A stretch of DNA of 64,000 nucleotides, from contig JAXHMG010000003.1 of assembly GCA_034521595.1 (NCBI GenBank), positions 1,984,001 through 2,048,000 on the forward strand, given 5' to 3'. This stretch comes from Gemmatimonadota bacterium (GTDB lineage: Bacteria > Gemmatimonadota > Gemmatimonadetes > Longimicrobiales > Gaopeijiaceae). Below are positions 24,517 through 35,466 of the stretch, in pieces; within the stretch, counting starts at the first letter, position 1; every line of letters begins with the position of its first letter. A model generated the notes under the pieces. It worked only from the letters and a program-made list of their open reading frames with translations, searched no databases and was not told where the DNA came from. Both the position numbers and the translations under genes were made by a program.

Positions 24517-25002
24517 CTAGCTGTCCGCGCGCTCGGCGCTTTCTGCAGGCTGTTTCGATGCCGCTTCGATGACGCTCACGGAGCCGCCCGCGGCCTCGAT
24601 CTTCGTACGCGCCGACGCGCTGAACGCGTGGGCGGAGACGTTGAGCGCCTTCTCGATCTCGCCGGTGCCGAGGATCTTGACGGGCAGCTTGGCCGACCCG
24701 ATCAGCCCGGCGTCCGAAAGCGCTTCGGGCGTCACGTCCCCCTCGAGCCGCGCGAGATCACGCACGTTGACGGCTTGGTACGCCTTCCGCAACGGATTGT
24801 GGAAGCCGCGCTTCGGAATGCGCCGGATGAGCGGCATCTGGCCACCCTCGAACCGGGGATGCGTGTTCGCGCCCGAGCGGGCGTTCTGGCCCTTCTGCCC
24901 GCGCCCGGACGTCTTGCCGGTACCGGAGCCCGGCCCCCGGCCGATGCGCTTGCGGGCGTGCCGCGATCCGGTGGACGGGGACAGATCGTGTAGTTCAGAC
25001 AT
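24517..25002 (-). CDS. rplO: 50S ribosomal protein L15
   Basis: [27 protein letters not shown]. Confidence 0.96.
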   Translation of the reverse strand: MSELHDLSPSTGSRHARKRIGRGPGSGTGKTSGRGQKGQNARSGANTHPRFEGGQMPLIRRIPKRGFHNPLRKAYQAVNVRDLARLEGDVTPEALSDAGLIGSAKLPVKILGTGEIEKALNVSAHAFSASARTKIEAAGGSVSVIEAASKQPAESAERADS

Positions 25003-25005
25003 GGT

Positions 25006-25203
25006 CTATTCCAGCTCCTCTACGTCCACCATGAAGCCGATCTTCTCGATCATGCCCCGGATGGCCGGAGTGTCCTCGTGAACGACGCTGTGTTGATGGC
25101 GCTTGATGCCGAGCGCGAGCAGCGTGCGGCGGTTGGTGCCTTTCTGTCCGATGTCGCTACGGACCTGCGTGATGCGAAGCTGCTTCGCCTGCTTCTTAGC
25201 CAC
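25006..25203 (-). CDS. rpmD: 50S ribosomal protein L30
   Basis: [20 protein letters not shown]; synteny. Confidence 0.93.
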   Translation of the reverse strand: MAKKQAKQLRITQVRSDIGQKGTNRRTLLALGIKRHQHSVVHEDTPAIRGMIEKIGFMVDVEELE

Positions 25204-25726
25204 TGTGCACTCCCAGGGCCTCGACCGGCACTCCCCGCTCCTCGGCGGCCTGCTCGGCCGAGACGAGGTCCGTGAGTCCCTGCATCGTGGCCCGCACGAC
25301 GTTGATCGGATTGTTGGTGCCCAGACACTTCGTGAGCACGTCGGTCACGCCCGCCGCCTCGAGCACGGCGCGCACCGGGCCACCCGCGATCACGCCCGTA
25401 CCCGGAGCGGCCGGGCGCATGATGACCCGTCCGGCCCCCCAATGCCCCAGGATCTCGTGCGGGATCGTGCCGTTCTCGACGGGCACGCGAACCATGTTCT
25501 TCTTCGCCTGGTCGAACGCCTTGCGGATCGCCTCCGCGACCTCGTTCGCCTTGGCGATCGCGACGCCGACGTTGCCTTTCTGGTCGCCCACGGCCACCAG
25601 GGCGGAAAACGCGAAGCGCCGTCCACCCTTGACCACCTTGGACACCCGGTTGATGAAGATGACGTTCTCGACGAGATCGCTGTCCCGACCCCGTCCACCC
25701 TGCTTCTTCTTGCTGTCTTTAGCCAT
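25196..25726 (-). CDS. rpsE: 30S ribosomal protein S5
   Basis: [21 protein letters not shown]. Confidence 0.96.
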   Translation of the reverse strand: MAKDSKKKQGGRGRDSDLVENVIFINRVSKVVKGGRRFAFSALVAVGDQKGNVGVAIAKANEVAEAIRKAFDQAKKNMVRVPVENGTIPHEILGHWGAGRVIMRPAAPGTGVIAGGPVRAVLEAAGVTDVLTKCLGTNNPINVVRATMQGLTDLVSAEQAAEERGVPVEALGVHSG

Positions 25727-26112
25727 CAGAAAGTGAGCCCTCCCTCACGCGCACCCTCGGCAAAGGCCTTCACCCTGCCGTGGTACCTGTAACCCCCGCG
25801 GTCGAACACGACCGATTCGATTCCATTCTTCTTGGCGCGCTCGGCCAGCATCTTGCCGGCCGCGCGCGCTTGCTCCACCCGCCGGTTGTCCCCGTCGACC
25901 ACGGCCTCGCGGAGGTCGCCCGTCGTCGTGGAAAGCCCGGTGAGCGTGTGTCCGGTATCGTCGTCGACGAGCTGCCCCTCGATATGCTTGCGGGAGCGGA
26001 AAACGACGAGCCGCGGCCGCTCGGCCGTGCCCACGACCTTGGCGCGGACCCGGTGGTGCCGCCGCTTGCGCTGTAGAAAGCGGCTCTTCTTGAGCTTGCT
26101 CTGTTTGATCAT
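25726..26112 (-). CDS. rplR: 50S ribosomal protein L18
   Basis: [25 protein letters not shown]. Confidence 0.96.
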   Translation of the reverse strand: MIKQSKLKKSRFLQRKRRHHRVRAKVVGTAERPRLVVFRSRKHIEGQLVDDDTGHTLTGLSTTTGDLREAVVDGDNRRVEQARAAGKMLAERAKKNGIESVVFDRGGYRYHGRVKAFAEGAREGGLTF

Positions 26113-26115
26113 CGA

Positions 26116-26655
26116 TCAGCTTCCTGCCGTCTTTCCGGCCTTGCGGCGGACTTGTTCGTTCTGATAGCGGATCCCCTTGCCCTTGTAGGGCTCGGGGGGG
26201 CGGAAGCCGCGGATCTCCGCGGCGGCCTGACCCACCTTCTGCTTGTCGGAGCCGGACACGACCACCACCGTCGGGGTCGGGCACGAGAGATCCACCCCCT
26301 CGGCCGGCTCGTACTGGATCGGGTGGCTATAGCCGACGTGGAGCGTGATGCTCTTGCCCTTGGGCTCCGCCCGGTACCCGACGCCGACGAGCTCCAGCGT
26401 CCTGGTGAAGCCTTCGGTCACGCCCGACACCATGTTCATGACGAGCGCCCGGGTAAGCCCGTGCAGCGCTCGCTGGTCCTGGTGATCGGAGGTGCGCTCC
26501 ACCCGGATCTCGCCGTCGTCCACGACCACCCGCATGTCGGGGTGGACGTCGAGGTCGAGGCTGCCCTTCGGGCCCTTGACCGTGAGCCGGCTTCCTTTGA
26601 GCGCGGCCTCGACCCCTTGGGGGGTCTGGACCGGCAGTTTTCCGATACGGGACAT
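26116..26655 (-). CDS. rplF: 50S ribosomal protein L6
   Basis: MSRIGKLPV, RPPEPYKGKGIRY. Confidence 0.96.
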   Translation of the reverse strand: MSRIGKLPVQTPQGVEAALKGSRLTVKGPKGSLDLDVHPDMRVVVDDGEIRVERTSDHQDQRALHGLTRALVMNMVSGVTEGFTRTLELVGVGYRAEPKGKSITLHVGYSHPIQYEPAEGVDLSCPTPTVVVVSGSDKQKVGQAAAEIRGFRPPEPYKGKGIRYQNEQVRRKAGKTAGS

Positions 26656-26669
26656 CGTATTCTCCGCTC

Positions 26670-27062
26670 CTACCAGATCTTCGCCATGAGCTCTCCGCCC
26701 ACGCCCTGACTTCGCGCGGTGCGGTCGGAGAGCATTCCGGCCGACGTGGACAGGATGGCCATTCCCAGGCCGTTGCGAACCCGCGGGATATCGTGGGCCT
26801 TCACGAAGCGGCGGCGACCCGGGCGGGAGATCCGCTCGAGGTGCCGGATGACCGGCTGGCCGTCGTGATATTTCAGGTATACGCGGAGCACGCCGAAGCG
26901 TCCGTCCTCGAGCACCTTGTAGTCGTGCACGAAGTGGCTTTCCTGAAGCAGCCGAGCGATCTCGACCTTGGTGTTCGACACGGGCATGTCCACCCATTTG
27001 TGGGACGCCGCGTGGGCGTTCCGGATACGGGTGAGCATGTCCGCGATCGGGTCAGTCATCAT
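26670..27062 (-). CDS. rpsH: 30S ribosomal protein S8
   Basis: [21 protein letters not shown]. Confidence 0.96.
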   Translation of the reverse strand: MMTDPIADMLTRIRNAHAASHKWVDMPVSNTKVEIARLLQESHFVHDYKVLEDGRFGVLRVYLKYHDGQPVIRHLERISRPGRRRFVKAHDIPRVRNGLGMAILSTSAGMLSDRTARSQGVGGELMAKIW

Positions 27063-27077
27063 GATTTCGTATTCCCC

Positions 27078-27263
27078 CTACCAGCTCGACTTGCGGACAC
27101 CCGGGATCTCGCCGCGAAGGGCCATTTCCCGGAAACAGATGCGGCAGATCCCGAACTTGCGCATATACGCCCGGGGACGACCACAGCGCTGGCAGCGGTT
27201 GCGGTGACGCACGCTGTACTTCTGCGTGCGCTTGTTTCTCTCGACTAACGCCTTTCTGGCCAT
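27078..27263 (-). CDS. rpsZ: 30S ribosomal protein S14 (type Z, zinc-binding)
   Basis: [25 protein letters not shown]. Confidence 0.95.
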   Translation of the reverse strand: MARKALVERNKRTQKYSVRHRNRCQRCGRPRAYMRKFGICRICFREMALRGEIPGVRKSSW

Positions 27264-27282
27264 TCCGGTTGCTCTCTCTGTC

Positions 27283-27867
27283 TCAGGACGCGGCGGCGGT
27301 GACTTGCACCGGAATCTCGCCACGGAAGGGGAAGCCGAGCTGCTTGAGCAGCGCGAACCCTTCATCGTCTCTGTCCGTCGACGTGACGAACGTGATGTCC
27401 ATGCCGTGCACGGTACGGACGTCGTCGAACGTGATCTCGGGGAAGATGATCTGCTCCTGGACCCCGAGCGTGTAGTTCCCGCGCCCGTCGAACGACCGGG
27501 TCTTCAATCCGCGAAAGTCGCGGATCCGCGGGATCGCCGTGCTGATGAGGCGATCCAGGAAATACCACATCCGCTGGCGCCGCAGTGTCACGGCGACGCC
27601 CACCGGCATCCCTTCGCGGAGCCCGAAGTTCGAGATCGACTGGCGAGCCCGCTTGACCACGGGCCGCTGACCCGTGATGACGCCGACCTCCTCGACGACC
27701 GCCTCGAGCAGCTTCTGGTCTTTGGCGGCATCCCCGACGCCGACGTTCATGACGATCTTGCGGAGGCGTGGAATCTCGTGCGGGTTCTCGAACCCGAACT
27801 CCTCGCGGAGCTTCGGGCGCACGTGATCCAGGTAATGTACGTGCATTCTGGGCTTCATGATATCCAC
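27283..27867 (-). CDS. rplE: 50S ribosomal protein L5
   Basis: [24 protein letters not shown]. Confidence 0.96.
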   Translation of the reverse strand: MDIMKPRMHVHYLDHVRPKLREEFGFENPHEIPRLRKIVMNVGVGDAAKDQKLLEAVVEEVGVITGQRPVVKRARQSISNFGLREGMPVGVAVTLRRQRMWYFLDRLISTAIPRIRDFRGLKTRSFDGRGNYTLGVQEQIIFPEITFDDVRTVHGMDITFVTSTDRDDEGFALLKQLGFPFRGEIPVQVTAAAS

Positions 27868-28206
27868 TTACAAGGGCCGGGGAATCGGATTGCCGGTCTT
27901 CACGGCGATCCGTTCCTTGGTTCCGTCTTCCTCGACCTGCGTGCGCACCCGGCTGGCTTGATCGCCGGCCGGATCGATGAGCATCACATTCGAGATGTGG
28001 ATCGGCGCATCGAACGTGATGATGCCACCGTCCGGGTCTTGCTGGCTCGGGCGGGTGTGGCGCTTCCGCTGATTCACGCCCTCCACCCGCACGCGTCCTT
28101 CGTCACGCAGGATCTCGAGGACCGTGCCTTCGAGATCGCGGTAGTTGCCGCGAATCACTCTGACCCGGTCCCCCTTCATGATCCGATATTTCTTGGCACC
28201 CATCAC
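27868..28206 (-). CDS. rplX: 50S ribosomal protein L24
   Basis: [23 protein letters not shown]. Confidence 0.95.
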   Translation of the reverse strand: MMGAKKYRIMKGDRVRVIRGNYRDLEGTVLEILRDEGRVRVEGVNQRKRHTRPSQQDPDGGIITFDAPIHISNVMLIDPAGDQASRVRTQVEEDGTKERIAVKTGNPIPRPL

Positions 28207-28571
28207 AGCACCTCGGGCGCGAGGGAAACGATCTTCATGTATCTCTTCTCCCGGAGCTCACGCGCGACCGGCCCGAAGATCCGGGTGCCGCGCGGCTCGC
28301 CCTGCGGGTTGAGGATGACCGCGGCGTTCTCGTCGAAACGGATGTAGGTTCCGTCCTTGCGCCGGGTTTCCTTGGACGTTCGGACGATGACCGCCTTCAC
28401 GACCTCGCCCTTTTTGATCCCGGCATTCGGGATCGCGTGCTTCACGCTCGCCACGACGACGTCGCCCACACCCGCGTATCGACGTCGCGTTCCACCCAAC
28501 ACTCTGACACAGAGTGCGGACTTCGCGCCCGTGTTGTCGGCGATCCTGAGGATCGACTCCTGCTGGATCAT
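28203..28571 (-). CDS. rplN: 50S ribosomal protein L14
   Basis: [25 protein letters not shown]. Confidence 0.97.
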   Translation of the reverse strand: MIQQESILRIADNTGAKSALCVRVLGGTRRRYAGVGDVVVASVKHAIPNAGIKKGEVVKAVIVRTSKETRRKDGTYIRFDENAAVILNPQGEPRGTRIFGPVARELREKRYMKIVSLAPEVL

Positions 28572-28614
28572 CTCGGTATCTCTCTATTGTCACGTCGTTA
28601 GCTGATCTGCTTGA

Positions 28615-28914
28615 TCACGCCGGCCGCTCTATCAGCTCGGCCACCCGCCAGTGCTTGGTCTTCGACAGCGGACGGGTCTCCACGATCCGCACGGTGTCGC
28701 CGACCAGGTATTCGTTGTTCTCGTCATGGGCGTGGTACTTCTTGTTCATCTTCACGCCCTTGCCATACAGGGGGTGCGCGAAACGACGCTCGACGAGGAC
28801 CGTTACGGTCTTGTCGGCCTTGTTGCTCACCACCGTCCCGGTCCGAGCCTTCCGGGCATTGCGCTCCCCGGTCGATTCCTCCGCCTGGACCTGCTCGCTC
28901 TGGTTCTCGCTCAT
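28615..28914 (-). CDS. rpsQ: 30S ribosomal protein S17
   Basis: [21 protein letters not shown]. Confidence 0.96.
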   Translation of the reverse strand: MSENQSEQVQAEESTGERNARKARTGTVVSNKADKTVTVLVERRFAHPLYGKGVKMNKKYHAHDENNEYLVGDTVRIVETRPLSKTKHWRVAELIERPA

Positions 28915-28922
28915 GTCTTCCT

Positions 28923-29126
28923 TCAGTCAACCTTCTGGGCGAGCTCACGCTCGCGAATCACTGTCTTCAGGCGCGCGATGTCGCGCCGGACTTGTCGGAC
29001 GAGCCCCGAATTCTCGAGCTCCAGCATCGAGCCCTGGAACCGCAGCTTGAACTGCTCCTCCTGAAGCTCCTTCAACCGTGCTGCGATCTCGGTGTCTTCC
29101 CAGTCCCGGATGTCTTCAGCCTTCAT
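28923..29126 (-). CDS. rpmC: 50S ribosomal protein L29
   Basis: [24 protein letters not shown]. Confidence 0.94.
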   Translation of the reverse strand: MKAEDIRDWEDTEIAARLKELQEEQFKLRFQGSMLELENSGLVRQVRRDIARLKTVIRERELAQKVD

Positions 29127-29155
29127 GATCTCCGACTCCGACGCGCCTGACGCGT

Positions 29156-29572
29156 CTAAAGCTGTTGGTCGCGAATGACGAACTTGCACTTGATCGGGAG
29201 CTTCGCCGCCGCGAGTTGGAGCGCGCGCTGCGCGATCTCCTCGCTGACCCCCTCGAGCTCGAACAGGATGCGGCCGGGCTTGACCACGGCCACCCAGTTC
29301 TCCGGATTGCCCTTCCCCTTGCCCATGCGGGTCTCCGCGGGCTTCTGGGTGACGGGCTTATCGGGGAAGATGCGAACCCAGACCTTTCCGCCCCGCTTGA
29401 TGTGGCGCGTCATGGCCACACGGGCGGCTTCGATCTGCCGGTTCGTGATCCACGAAGGCTCGAGAGCCTGCAAGCCGTACTCGCCGAACGAAACCTTCGT
29501 GCCTCGTTTGGCGACACCGCTCATGCGGCCCCTGTGGGTCTTTCTGTGCTTAACCCTTTTCGGCGCTAACAT
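29156..29572 (-). CDS. rplP: 50S ribosomal protein L16
   Basis: [18 protein letters not shown]. Confidence 0.97.
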   Translation of the reverse strand: MLAPKRVKHRKTHRGRMSGVAKRGTKVSFGEYGLQALEPSWITNRQIEAARVAMTRHIKRGGKVWVRIFPDKPVTQKPAETRMGKGKGNPENWVAVVKPGRILFELEGVSEEIAQRALQLAAAKLPIKCKFVIRDQQL

Positions 29573-29593
29573 CGTCTATTCCCCGTTTTCTGT

Positions 29594-30253
29594 TCAGGAG
29601 CCTGTCGAGTACGTGCGGCCGCGCCGCTCTTCGACCACTTCGCCCTTGAAGATCCAGCACTTCACGCCGACGGTGCCCCACGTCGTGAAGGCGGTGACCT
29701 GGGCGTAGTCGATGTCCGCCCGCAGCGTGTGCAGGGGAACGCGACCTTCGTGATAACCCTCGGTGCGGGCGATCTCCGCCCCACCGAGCCGCCCGGAGCA
29801 CTGCAGCTTGATCCCCTCCGCGCCCGATCGCATCGCTGCCTGCAGGGCGCGCTTCATCGCCCGCCGGAACGAGATCCGCTGCCGAAGCTGGTGCGCCACG
29901 TTCTCGGCGACCAGGTACGCGCTGACCTCGGGACGCTTGATCTCCTCGACGTTCACGGAGATCTCGGAGTTGGTGAGCACGCCCAGCTCGTCCCGCAGCT
30001 TGTCGACCTCGGCGCCGCGCTTGCCGATCACCACCCCCGGGCGGGCCGTGTGCAGCGTGACGACGATCTTGCTCGGCTTGCGCTCGATGTCGATCTGGGC
30101 CAGCGCGGCGTGCGACAACCTGCGGCGGAGGTACTTTCGGATCGTCTCGTCTTCGTGCAGCAGACGCGGGAAGTCCCGCTCCGCGTACCAGCGCGAGGAC
30201 CAATCCTTGACGACGCCGAGCCTGAACCCGGTCGGGTGTGTTTTCTGTCCCAT
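29594..30253 (-). CDS. rpsC: 30S ribosomal protein S3
   Basis: [27 protein letters not shown]. Confidence 0.97.
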   Translation of the reverse strand: MGQKTHPTGFRLGVVKDWSSRWYAERDFPRLLHEDETIRKYLRRRLSHAALAQIDIERKPSKIVVTLHTARPGVVIGKRGAEVDKLRDELGVLTNSEISVNVEEIKRPEVSAYLVAENVAHQLRQRISFRRAMKRALQAAMRSGAEGIKLQCSGRLGGAEIARTEGYHEGRVPLHTLRADIDYAQVTAFTTWGTVGVKCWIFKGEVVEERRGRTYSTGS

Positions 30254-30257
30254 GTAA

Positions 30258-30611
30258 TCAGGCTTCCTTGATGTCGACCACGACCGTGATGTGGCTCGTT
30301 CGCTTTCTGAGTGGCGCGGCACGGCCCTGAGCCGCGGCCCGCCAGCGCTTGAGGGTCGGCCCCTCGTCGACGAACGCTTCGCGTACGAAGAGCTCATCCA
30401 CGTCCAGAACCTCACCTTCGTCCTGTGACTTCACCTGCGCGTTCGCCACCGCCGAGCGGAGCGTCTTCCCGATCGTCTCGGCCGCTCCCTTCTTGGAGAA
30501 CTGCAGGATGGCGTACGCCTCGTTAACGGATTTTCCCCGGATCTGATCGATGACGAGCCGCACCTTGCGGGGGCTCATGCCGACGTACCGGGCTATCGCT
30601 CTGGCTTGCAT
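30258..30611 (-). CDS. rplV: 50S ribosomal protein L22
   Basis: [25 protein letters not shown]. Confidence 0.96.
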   Translation of the reverse strand: MQARAIARYVGMSPRKVRLVIDQIRGKSVNEAYAILQFSKKGAAETIGKTLRSAVANAQVKSQDEGEVLDVDELFVREAFVDEGPTLKRWRAAAQGRAAPLRKRTSHITVVVDIKEA

Positions 30612-30634
30612 TCCCTGAATCACCTTTACCGGAT

Positions 30635-30922
30635 TTACCGGGCCTGAACCCGCTTGTCGGCCAGCCTGCCCCCGTGCCCCCGGAAGAGGCGCGTGGGCGC
30701 GAACTCTCCGAACTTGTGCCCCACCATGTTCTCCGTGACGTACACGGGGATGAACTTGTTCCCGTTGTGCACCGCGACGGTGTGACCCACGAACTCCGGC
30801 GAGATGGTGGACGCCCGGGACCAGGTCTTCACGACCTTCTTCTCGTTGCGCGAGTTCATGGACTCGATCTTGAGGAGAAGGCTGTCACTGATGAACGGAC
30901 CCTTCTTTACGCTACGCGGCAT
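30635..30922 (-). CDS. rpsS: 30S ribosomal protein S19
   Basis: [24 protein letters not shown]. Confidence 0.97.
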   Translation of the reverse strand: MPRSVKKGPFISDSLLLKIESMNSRNEKKVVKTWSRASTISPEFVGHTVAVHNGNKFIPVYVTENMVGHKFGEFAPTRLFRGHGGRLADKRVQAR

Positions 30923-30937
30923 TGATCTTTCTCCGGC

Positions 30938-31783
30938 CTACGACTTCGTGGCTTTGCCGCGCCTGCGGCCCCGCACGATGTATTTGCTCGATGCATGCTT
31001 CTTCTTGCGCGTCTTCTTGCCGTCGGCGGTACCCCAAGGGGAAACCGGTGGGCGGCCACCCGACGTGCGTCCCTCACCACCACCCAGCGGGTGGTCGACC
31101 GGGTTCATCGCGACGCCGCGCACCTTCGGACGCTTCCCGCGCCAGCGGTTCGCGCCGGCCTTCCCGATCACCGTGAGCTCGTGGTCCATGTTGCCGACCT
31201 GCCCGATGGTGGCGAGGCATTCCTTCCGCACCCGGCGGATCTCCGTGGACGGCAGGCGCAGGGACACGTACTCGCCTTCCTTCGCCACCACCTGCACGCT
31301 TGCTCCGGCCGAGCGGGCCATCTGGCCGCCCTTGCCCGGCTTGAGCTCGACATTGTGCACCGTCGTGCCCAGCGGGATCCTCCCGACGGGCAACGTCGAG
31401 CCCAGCTTCTGGTCGGCCGCGTCCCCGGACATCACCTCGTCGCCCACCTGCAGCCCTCGGGGGTGCAGAATATAGCGCTTCTCGCCGTCGGCGTAGTGGA
31501 TCAACGCGATATTGGCCGAACGGTTCGGGTCGTACTCGATGTGCGCGACGATGCCGGGAATCCCGTGCTTGTCGCGCTTGAAGTCGATCCGGCGGTAGCG
31601 GCGCTTGTGCCCCCCACCGCGGCGGCGCGACGTCATGTGGCCGTGGTGGTTCCTACCACCGCCCTTGCCGCTGCCCGATTCGACCAGCGAGCGCTCGGGC
31701 CCTTTCCTCGTGACCTCGTCGTTTCCGAGGGTCGAGCGGGTCCGGGCTCCCGGCGTCACCGGCTTGAATTTCTTGATGGCCAT
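30938..31783 (-). CDS. rplB: 50S ribosomal protein L2
   Basis: [26 protein letters not shown]. Confidence 0.97.
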   Translation of the reverse strand: MAIKKFKPVTPGARTRSTLGNDEVTRKGPERSLVESGSGKGGGRNHHGHMTSRRRGGGHKRRYRRIDFKRDKHGIPGIVAHIEYDPNRSANIALIHYADGEKRYILHPRGLQVGDEVMSGDAADQKLGSTLPVGRIPLGTTVHNVELKPGKGGQMARSAGASVQVVAKEGEYVSLRLPSTEIRRVRKECLATIGQVGNMDHELTVIGKAGANRWRGKRPKVRGVAMNPVDHPLGGGEGRTSGGRPPVSPWGTADGKKTRKKKHASSKYIVRGRRRGKATKS

Positions 31784-31785
31784 GA

Positions 31786-32097
31786 TCAGCCCTGCTCGTA
31801 AAGCTCAATGTGTTCACCTTCGCCGATCTGGACGACGGCCTTCTTGTACGCCGCGCTCCGGCCCTTGGCCGGGTTTCGCGCCATCCGGCCCAGGAACGCC
31901 CGACGGGCCTTCCCCGGGTACCGCATCGTGCGCACGCTCCGCACCGTTACGTCCCACAGACGCTCGACCGCGCTGCTGATCTCGATCTTGTTGGCGTCCT
32001 GCGCGACGACGAAGGTGTAGATGCCTTCTTCATCCATCTGGTCGGCCGTCTTTTCGGTAACGACCGGCGCCTTGATCACGTCCCAGGGCTCACGCAT
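31786..32097 (-). CDS. rplW: 50S ribosomal protein L23
   Basis: PVVTEK, ANKIEI, YKKAVV. Confidence 0.94.
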   Translation of the reverse strand: MREPWDVIKAPVVTEKTADQMDEEGIYTFVVAQDANKIEISSAVERLWDVTVRSVRTMRYPGKARRAFLGRMARNPAKGRSAAYKKAVVQIGEGEHIELYEQG

Positions 32098-32743
32098 CGG
32101 TGGCCTCCTCGGTGTCGTCGGTCGCGCTGTCCTTGCCGACCGCGTCCATCGCGCTCCGCTCGATGACGACCGTTTGGGCCGAGAGCACGTCGTAGACGGA
32201 CTCGTCCCCGAACGGCATCACCGTCACGTCGGGAAGGTTTCGGGCGGAAAGGTACACGTTCTCGTTGACGCCGTCCGTGAGCAGCAGAATGCCGCCGTCG
32301 ATCTCCGCCGCCTTGAAGAGCTCCCGCAGCGAGCGGGTCTTCGGGGCGTCGAGCTCCGGTAGGTCCGCCAGGATCACGCGGTCCTGCTCGGCGCGGTCGT
32401 TCAGCGCGGAGCGGCGCGCGAGTTGGCGTGCCTTCTTGGGCAGCTTCTGTCGCCACGAGTGGGGGATGGGTGGGAAGCCCACTCCACCGCCGATCCACTG
32501 GACCGCCCGGATCGTGCCCTGACGGGCGCGCCCGGTGCCTTTCTGGCGCCACGGCTTCCGGCTGCCGCCGCGTACCGCGGCACGGTTCTTCGCGGCCGCC
32601 GTGCCCTGGCGCTGATTCGAGCGATACGCCTTCACCGCGAGGTGCATGGCGCTCTCGTTCACGACGCCGTCGAAGAGCGCGTCGGGCAATGCCCTGGCGC
32701 GGCCCTTCGTACCGTCGGCCTTGTAATAATTCGCCTTATACAT
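32090..32743 (-). CDS. rplD: 50S ribosomal protein L4
   Basis: RKPWRQKGTGRARQG, LSARNL. Confidence 0.96.
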   Translation of the reverse strand: MYKANYYKADGTKGRARALPDALFDGVVNESAMHLAVKAYRSNQRQGTAAAKNRAAVRGGSRKPWRQKGTGRARQGTIRAVQWIGGGVGFPPIPHSWRQKLPKKARQLARRSALNDRAEQDRVILADLPELDAPKTRSLRELFKAAEIDGGILLLTDGVNENVYLSARNLPDVTVMPFGDESVYDVLSAQTVVIERSAMDAVGKDSATDDTEEATDA

Positions 32744-32746
32744 GGC

Positions 32747-33364
32747 TCACTTCGAGATCAAAACGTAGCCGTCGCGGGCGCCTGGAACGCCGCCCTTCAC
32801 GAACAGCAGGTTGCGGTCACCATCCACCCGCACGACCTGCAGATTACGAATGGTCGTCCGGTTCCCTCCCATGCGACCCGGGAGCTTCTTCCCCTTGATC
32901 ACGCGGGACGGGTCCGTGCCCGGGCCGACCGTGCCCGGATTCCGGGACATCGGGTGGCCGTGGGAGGCGGGACGGCCACTGAAGCCGTACCGCTTCACGA
33001 CCCCCTGGAACCCTCGCCCCTTCGATTTGCCGGTCACCTTGATGAGGTCTCCGGCCTCGAACAGGTCCACGGTGAGCTGTTGGCCCACCTCGTACTCTTC
33101 TTCCTCACCGACGCGGAACTCCCGCATCAGGTTCGGCGCTACCTCGAGGCCGGCCTTGGCCGCATGCCCGTTTTCGGGGCGCGTGGCCCTACGGGTGTTC
33201 TGTGCGCCAAAGCCGAGCTGAACGGCGCGGTAGCCGTCCTGCTCTTCCGACCTCACCTGTACTACAGGGCACGGACCGGCCTCGATGACGGTGACGGGCA
33301 CCTGCACGCCCTCGTCATTGAAGATCCTGGTCATGCCGACCTTTTTTCCGATCAATCCGGGCAT
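32747..33364 (-). CDS. rplC: 50S ribosomal protein L3
   Basis: [26 protein letters not shown]. Confidence 0.96.
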   Translation of the reverse strand: MPGLIGKKVGMTRIFNDEGVQVPVTVIEAGPCPVVQVRSEEQDGYRAVQLGFGAQNTRRATRPENGHAAKAGLEVAPNLMREFRVGEEEEYEVGQQLTVDLFEAGDLIKVTGKSKGRGFQGVVKRYGFSGRPASHGHPMSRNPGTVGPGTDPSRVIKGKKLPGRMGGNRTTIRNLQVVRVDGDRNLLFVKGGVPGARDGYVLISK

Positions 33365-33380
33365 TTCCGGAGTTCCTCCG

Positions 33381-33689
33381 TCAGTCGACCTTGATCTCGA
33401 CGTCGACACCGGCCGGAAGATCCAGCTTGGTCAACGCGTCGACCGTCTGTGAACGGCTCTCGACGATGTCGATCAGTCTCTTGTGCGTCCGCAACTCGAA
33501 CTGCTCGCGGGCCTTCTTGTCGATATGAGGCGACCGCAGCACCGTCCAACGCTGCCGGCGCGTGGGGAGCGGAATCGGCCCCCGTACCGTCGCGCCCGTC
33601 TTCTGGGCCGTGCGCACGATGTCCGCGGCGGTCTGATCGACCACCCAGTGATCGAACGCCTTCAGTCGGATTCTGATTCTTTCAGCCAT
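33381..33689 (-). CDS. rpsJ: 30S ribosomal protein S10
   Basis: [31 protein letters not shown]. Confidence 0.97.
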   Translation of the reverse strand: MAERIRIRLKAFDHWVVDQTAADIVRTAQKTGATVRGPIPLPTRRQRWTVLRSPHIDKKAREQFELRTHKRLIDIVESRSQTVDALTKLDLPAGVDVEIKVD

Positions 33690-33709
33690 GTGTTCCTTCG
33701 ATGGGTGGG

Positions 33710-33853
33710 GGGGCCGTGTTGAAGCGGACCCCCGCGTCGCTCAGCCGTTCGGCCGCATGTTGTTCGTTACTGCTTCCTTCTTCCGCTTGCCTCACTCCGC
33801 CGCTAAGCGCGGCGGAGCCTCGCTCACGCGGGGGTCCGCTTCAACACGGCCCC
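33710..33853. mobile_element. MITE-like element A, copy 1 (144 bp, perfect 28-bp terminal inverted repeats)
   Basis: ggggccgtgttgaagcggacccccgcgt (33710-33737) and its exact reverse complement (33826-33853); second copy at 53801. Confidence 0.65.
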
Positions 33854-34007
33854 TCGCGCCCTTCTGTTCCGCCGGCCGGTCAACCGCTCCGGTGGGCGGC
33901 GCCCGATCCGAGGGTCGCTCGATCAGGCCTGTCTTTGTTCTTCTGTAGTGGAGGGAGCGCCGCTCCCTCCTTCCGCTACACCTGCCTTCGCGCGAAGCGC
34001 GGGCAGG

Positions 34008-34222
34008 TGCTCCGGTGATCGTCGACCAGCCGGTGTCCCGGGCCGGAGCGGCCGGCGCGGGGCGCTCGTCCGGAGGAGCGGCTCTGCGGAGGGACTCGGT
34101 CGGCCCTCCGCAGAGCGAAGCCAACCTCCCGGCCCTCCTACCGTCCCGCCTCCCGGCGAAGCGGCCCGACTCCGGACGAGCGCCCCGCGACTGCCGCGCA
34201 GCTCCCGCCCACAACACCCGTC
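34008..34222. repeat. Structured repeat B, copy 1, directly 3' of tuf
   Basis: Near-identical to 54044-54257; 20-bp IR 34056-34075/34170-34189 enclosing a 13-bp hairpin at 34081-34116. Confidence 0.85.
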
Positions 34223-35416
34223 CTAGTCGATGATCTCCGTCACCACGCCCGCACCCACCGTGCGACCTCCCTCCCGAATCGCGAACCGCAACTCCGGGTC
34301 CATCGCAATCGGCGTGATCAACTCCACTTCCATCTGCACGTTGTCGCCAGGCATCACCATCTCCACTCCATCCGGGAGATGCGCCGCGCCCGTCACGTCC
34401 GTCGTCCGGAAGTAAAACTGCGGTCGGTATCCATCGAAAAACGGCGTGTGACGTCCACCCTCTTCCTTCGTCAGCACGTACACCTCCGCCTTGAACTTCG
34501 TATGCGGCGTGATCGTGCCCGGCTTCGCCAACACCTGGCCCCGCGCGATCTGGTCCTTCTGTACCCCGCGAAGCAACAGCCCCGCGTTGTCCCCAGCCCG
34601 CCCTTCGTCCAGCAGCTTCCGGAACATCTCGATGCCCGTCACCACCGTCTTCTTGTCCTGCTCCATCCCGACGATCTCCACCTCGTCCCCCACCTTCACC
34701 ACACCCCGCTCGATCCGGCCCGTCGCAACCGTCCCTCGGCCCGTGATGCTGAACACATCCTCCACCGGCATCAGGAACGTCTTGTCAATATCACGCTCCG
34801 GCTCCGGAATATACGCATCCAGCGCCTCCACCAACTCCTGGATGCACGCCGTATCCTCGTTCTCCTCCCCGGCGGCCTCCATCGCCTTCAACGCCGATCC
34901 CTTGATCACCGGAATGTCGTCACCCGGAAAATCATACTCGCTCAGCAGCTCCCGAACCTCCAACTCCACCAGCTCCAGGAGCTCCTCGTCATCCACCATG
35001 TCCACCTTGTTCATGAACACGACGATGTAGGGCACGTTCACCTGACGCGCCAGCAAAATATGCTCCCGCGTCTGCGGCATCGGTCCGTCCGCCGCGCTCA
35101 CCACCAGAATCGCGCCGTCCATCTGCGCCGCCCCGGTGATCATGTTCTTCACATAGTCCGCGTGCCCAGGACAATCCACGTGCGCGTAGTGACGGCTCTC
35201 CGTCTCGTACTCCACGTGCGCCGTCGCAATCGTGATCCCCCGCTCCCGCTCCTCCGGCGCCTTGTCGATCATGTCGAACGCCACCGCATCCCCACCAAAC
35301 TTCTTCGCCTGCGTCAGCGTGATCGCCGCCGTCAACGTCGTCTTCCCATGATCCACGTGGCCAATCGTCCCCACGTTCACATGCGACTTCGTCCGCTCAA
35401 ACTTCGCCTTGCCCAT
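34223..35416 (-). CDS. tuf: Elongation factor Tu (str-operon copy)
   Basis: [17 protein letters not shown]; 397 aa. Confidence 0.98.
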   Translation of the reverse strand: MGKAKFERTKSHVNVGTIGHVDHGKTTLTAAITLTQAKKFGGDAVAFDMIDKAPEERERGITIATAHVEYETESRHYAHVDCPGHADYVKNMITGAAQMDGAILVVSAADGPMPQTREHILLARQVNVPYIVVFMNKVDMVDDEELLELVELEVRELLSEYDFPGDDIPVIKGSALKAMEAAGEENEDTACIQELVEALDAYIPEPERDIDKTFLMPVEDVFSITGRGTVATGRIERGVVKVGDEVEIVGMEQDKKTVVTGIEMFRKLLDEGRAGDNAGLLLRGVQKDQIARGQVLAKPGTITPHTKFKAEVYVLTKEEGGRHTPFFDGYRPQFYFRTTDVTGAAHLPDGVEMVMPGDNVQMEVELITPIAMDPELRFAIREGGRTVGAGVVTEIID

Positions 35417-35466
35417 GCTGCTAGCCTCTTCTGCTGAATCTGGTCACTGAATGCGTTGTGGCTGGA

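Noticed and set aside
33701-34233. Small proteins encoded in the tuf-downstream repeats
   Set aside because: ORFs differ in frame and length between the two copies; conservation follows base pairing, not codons
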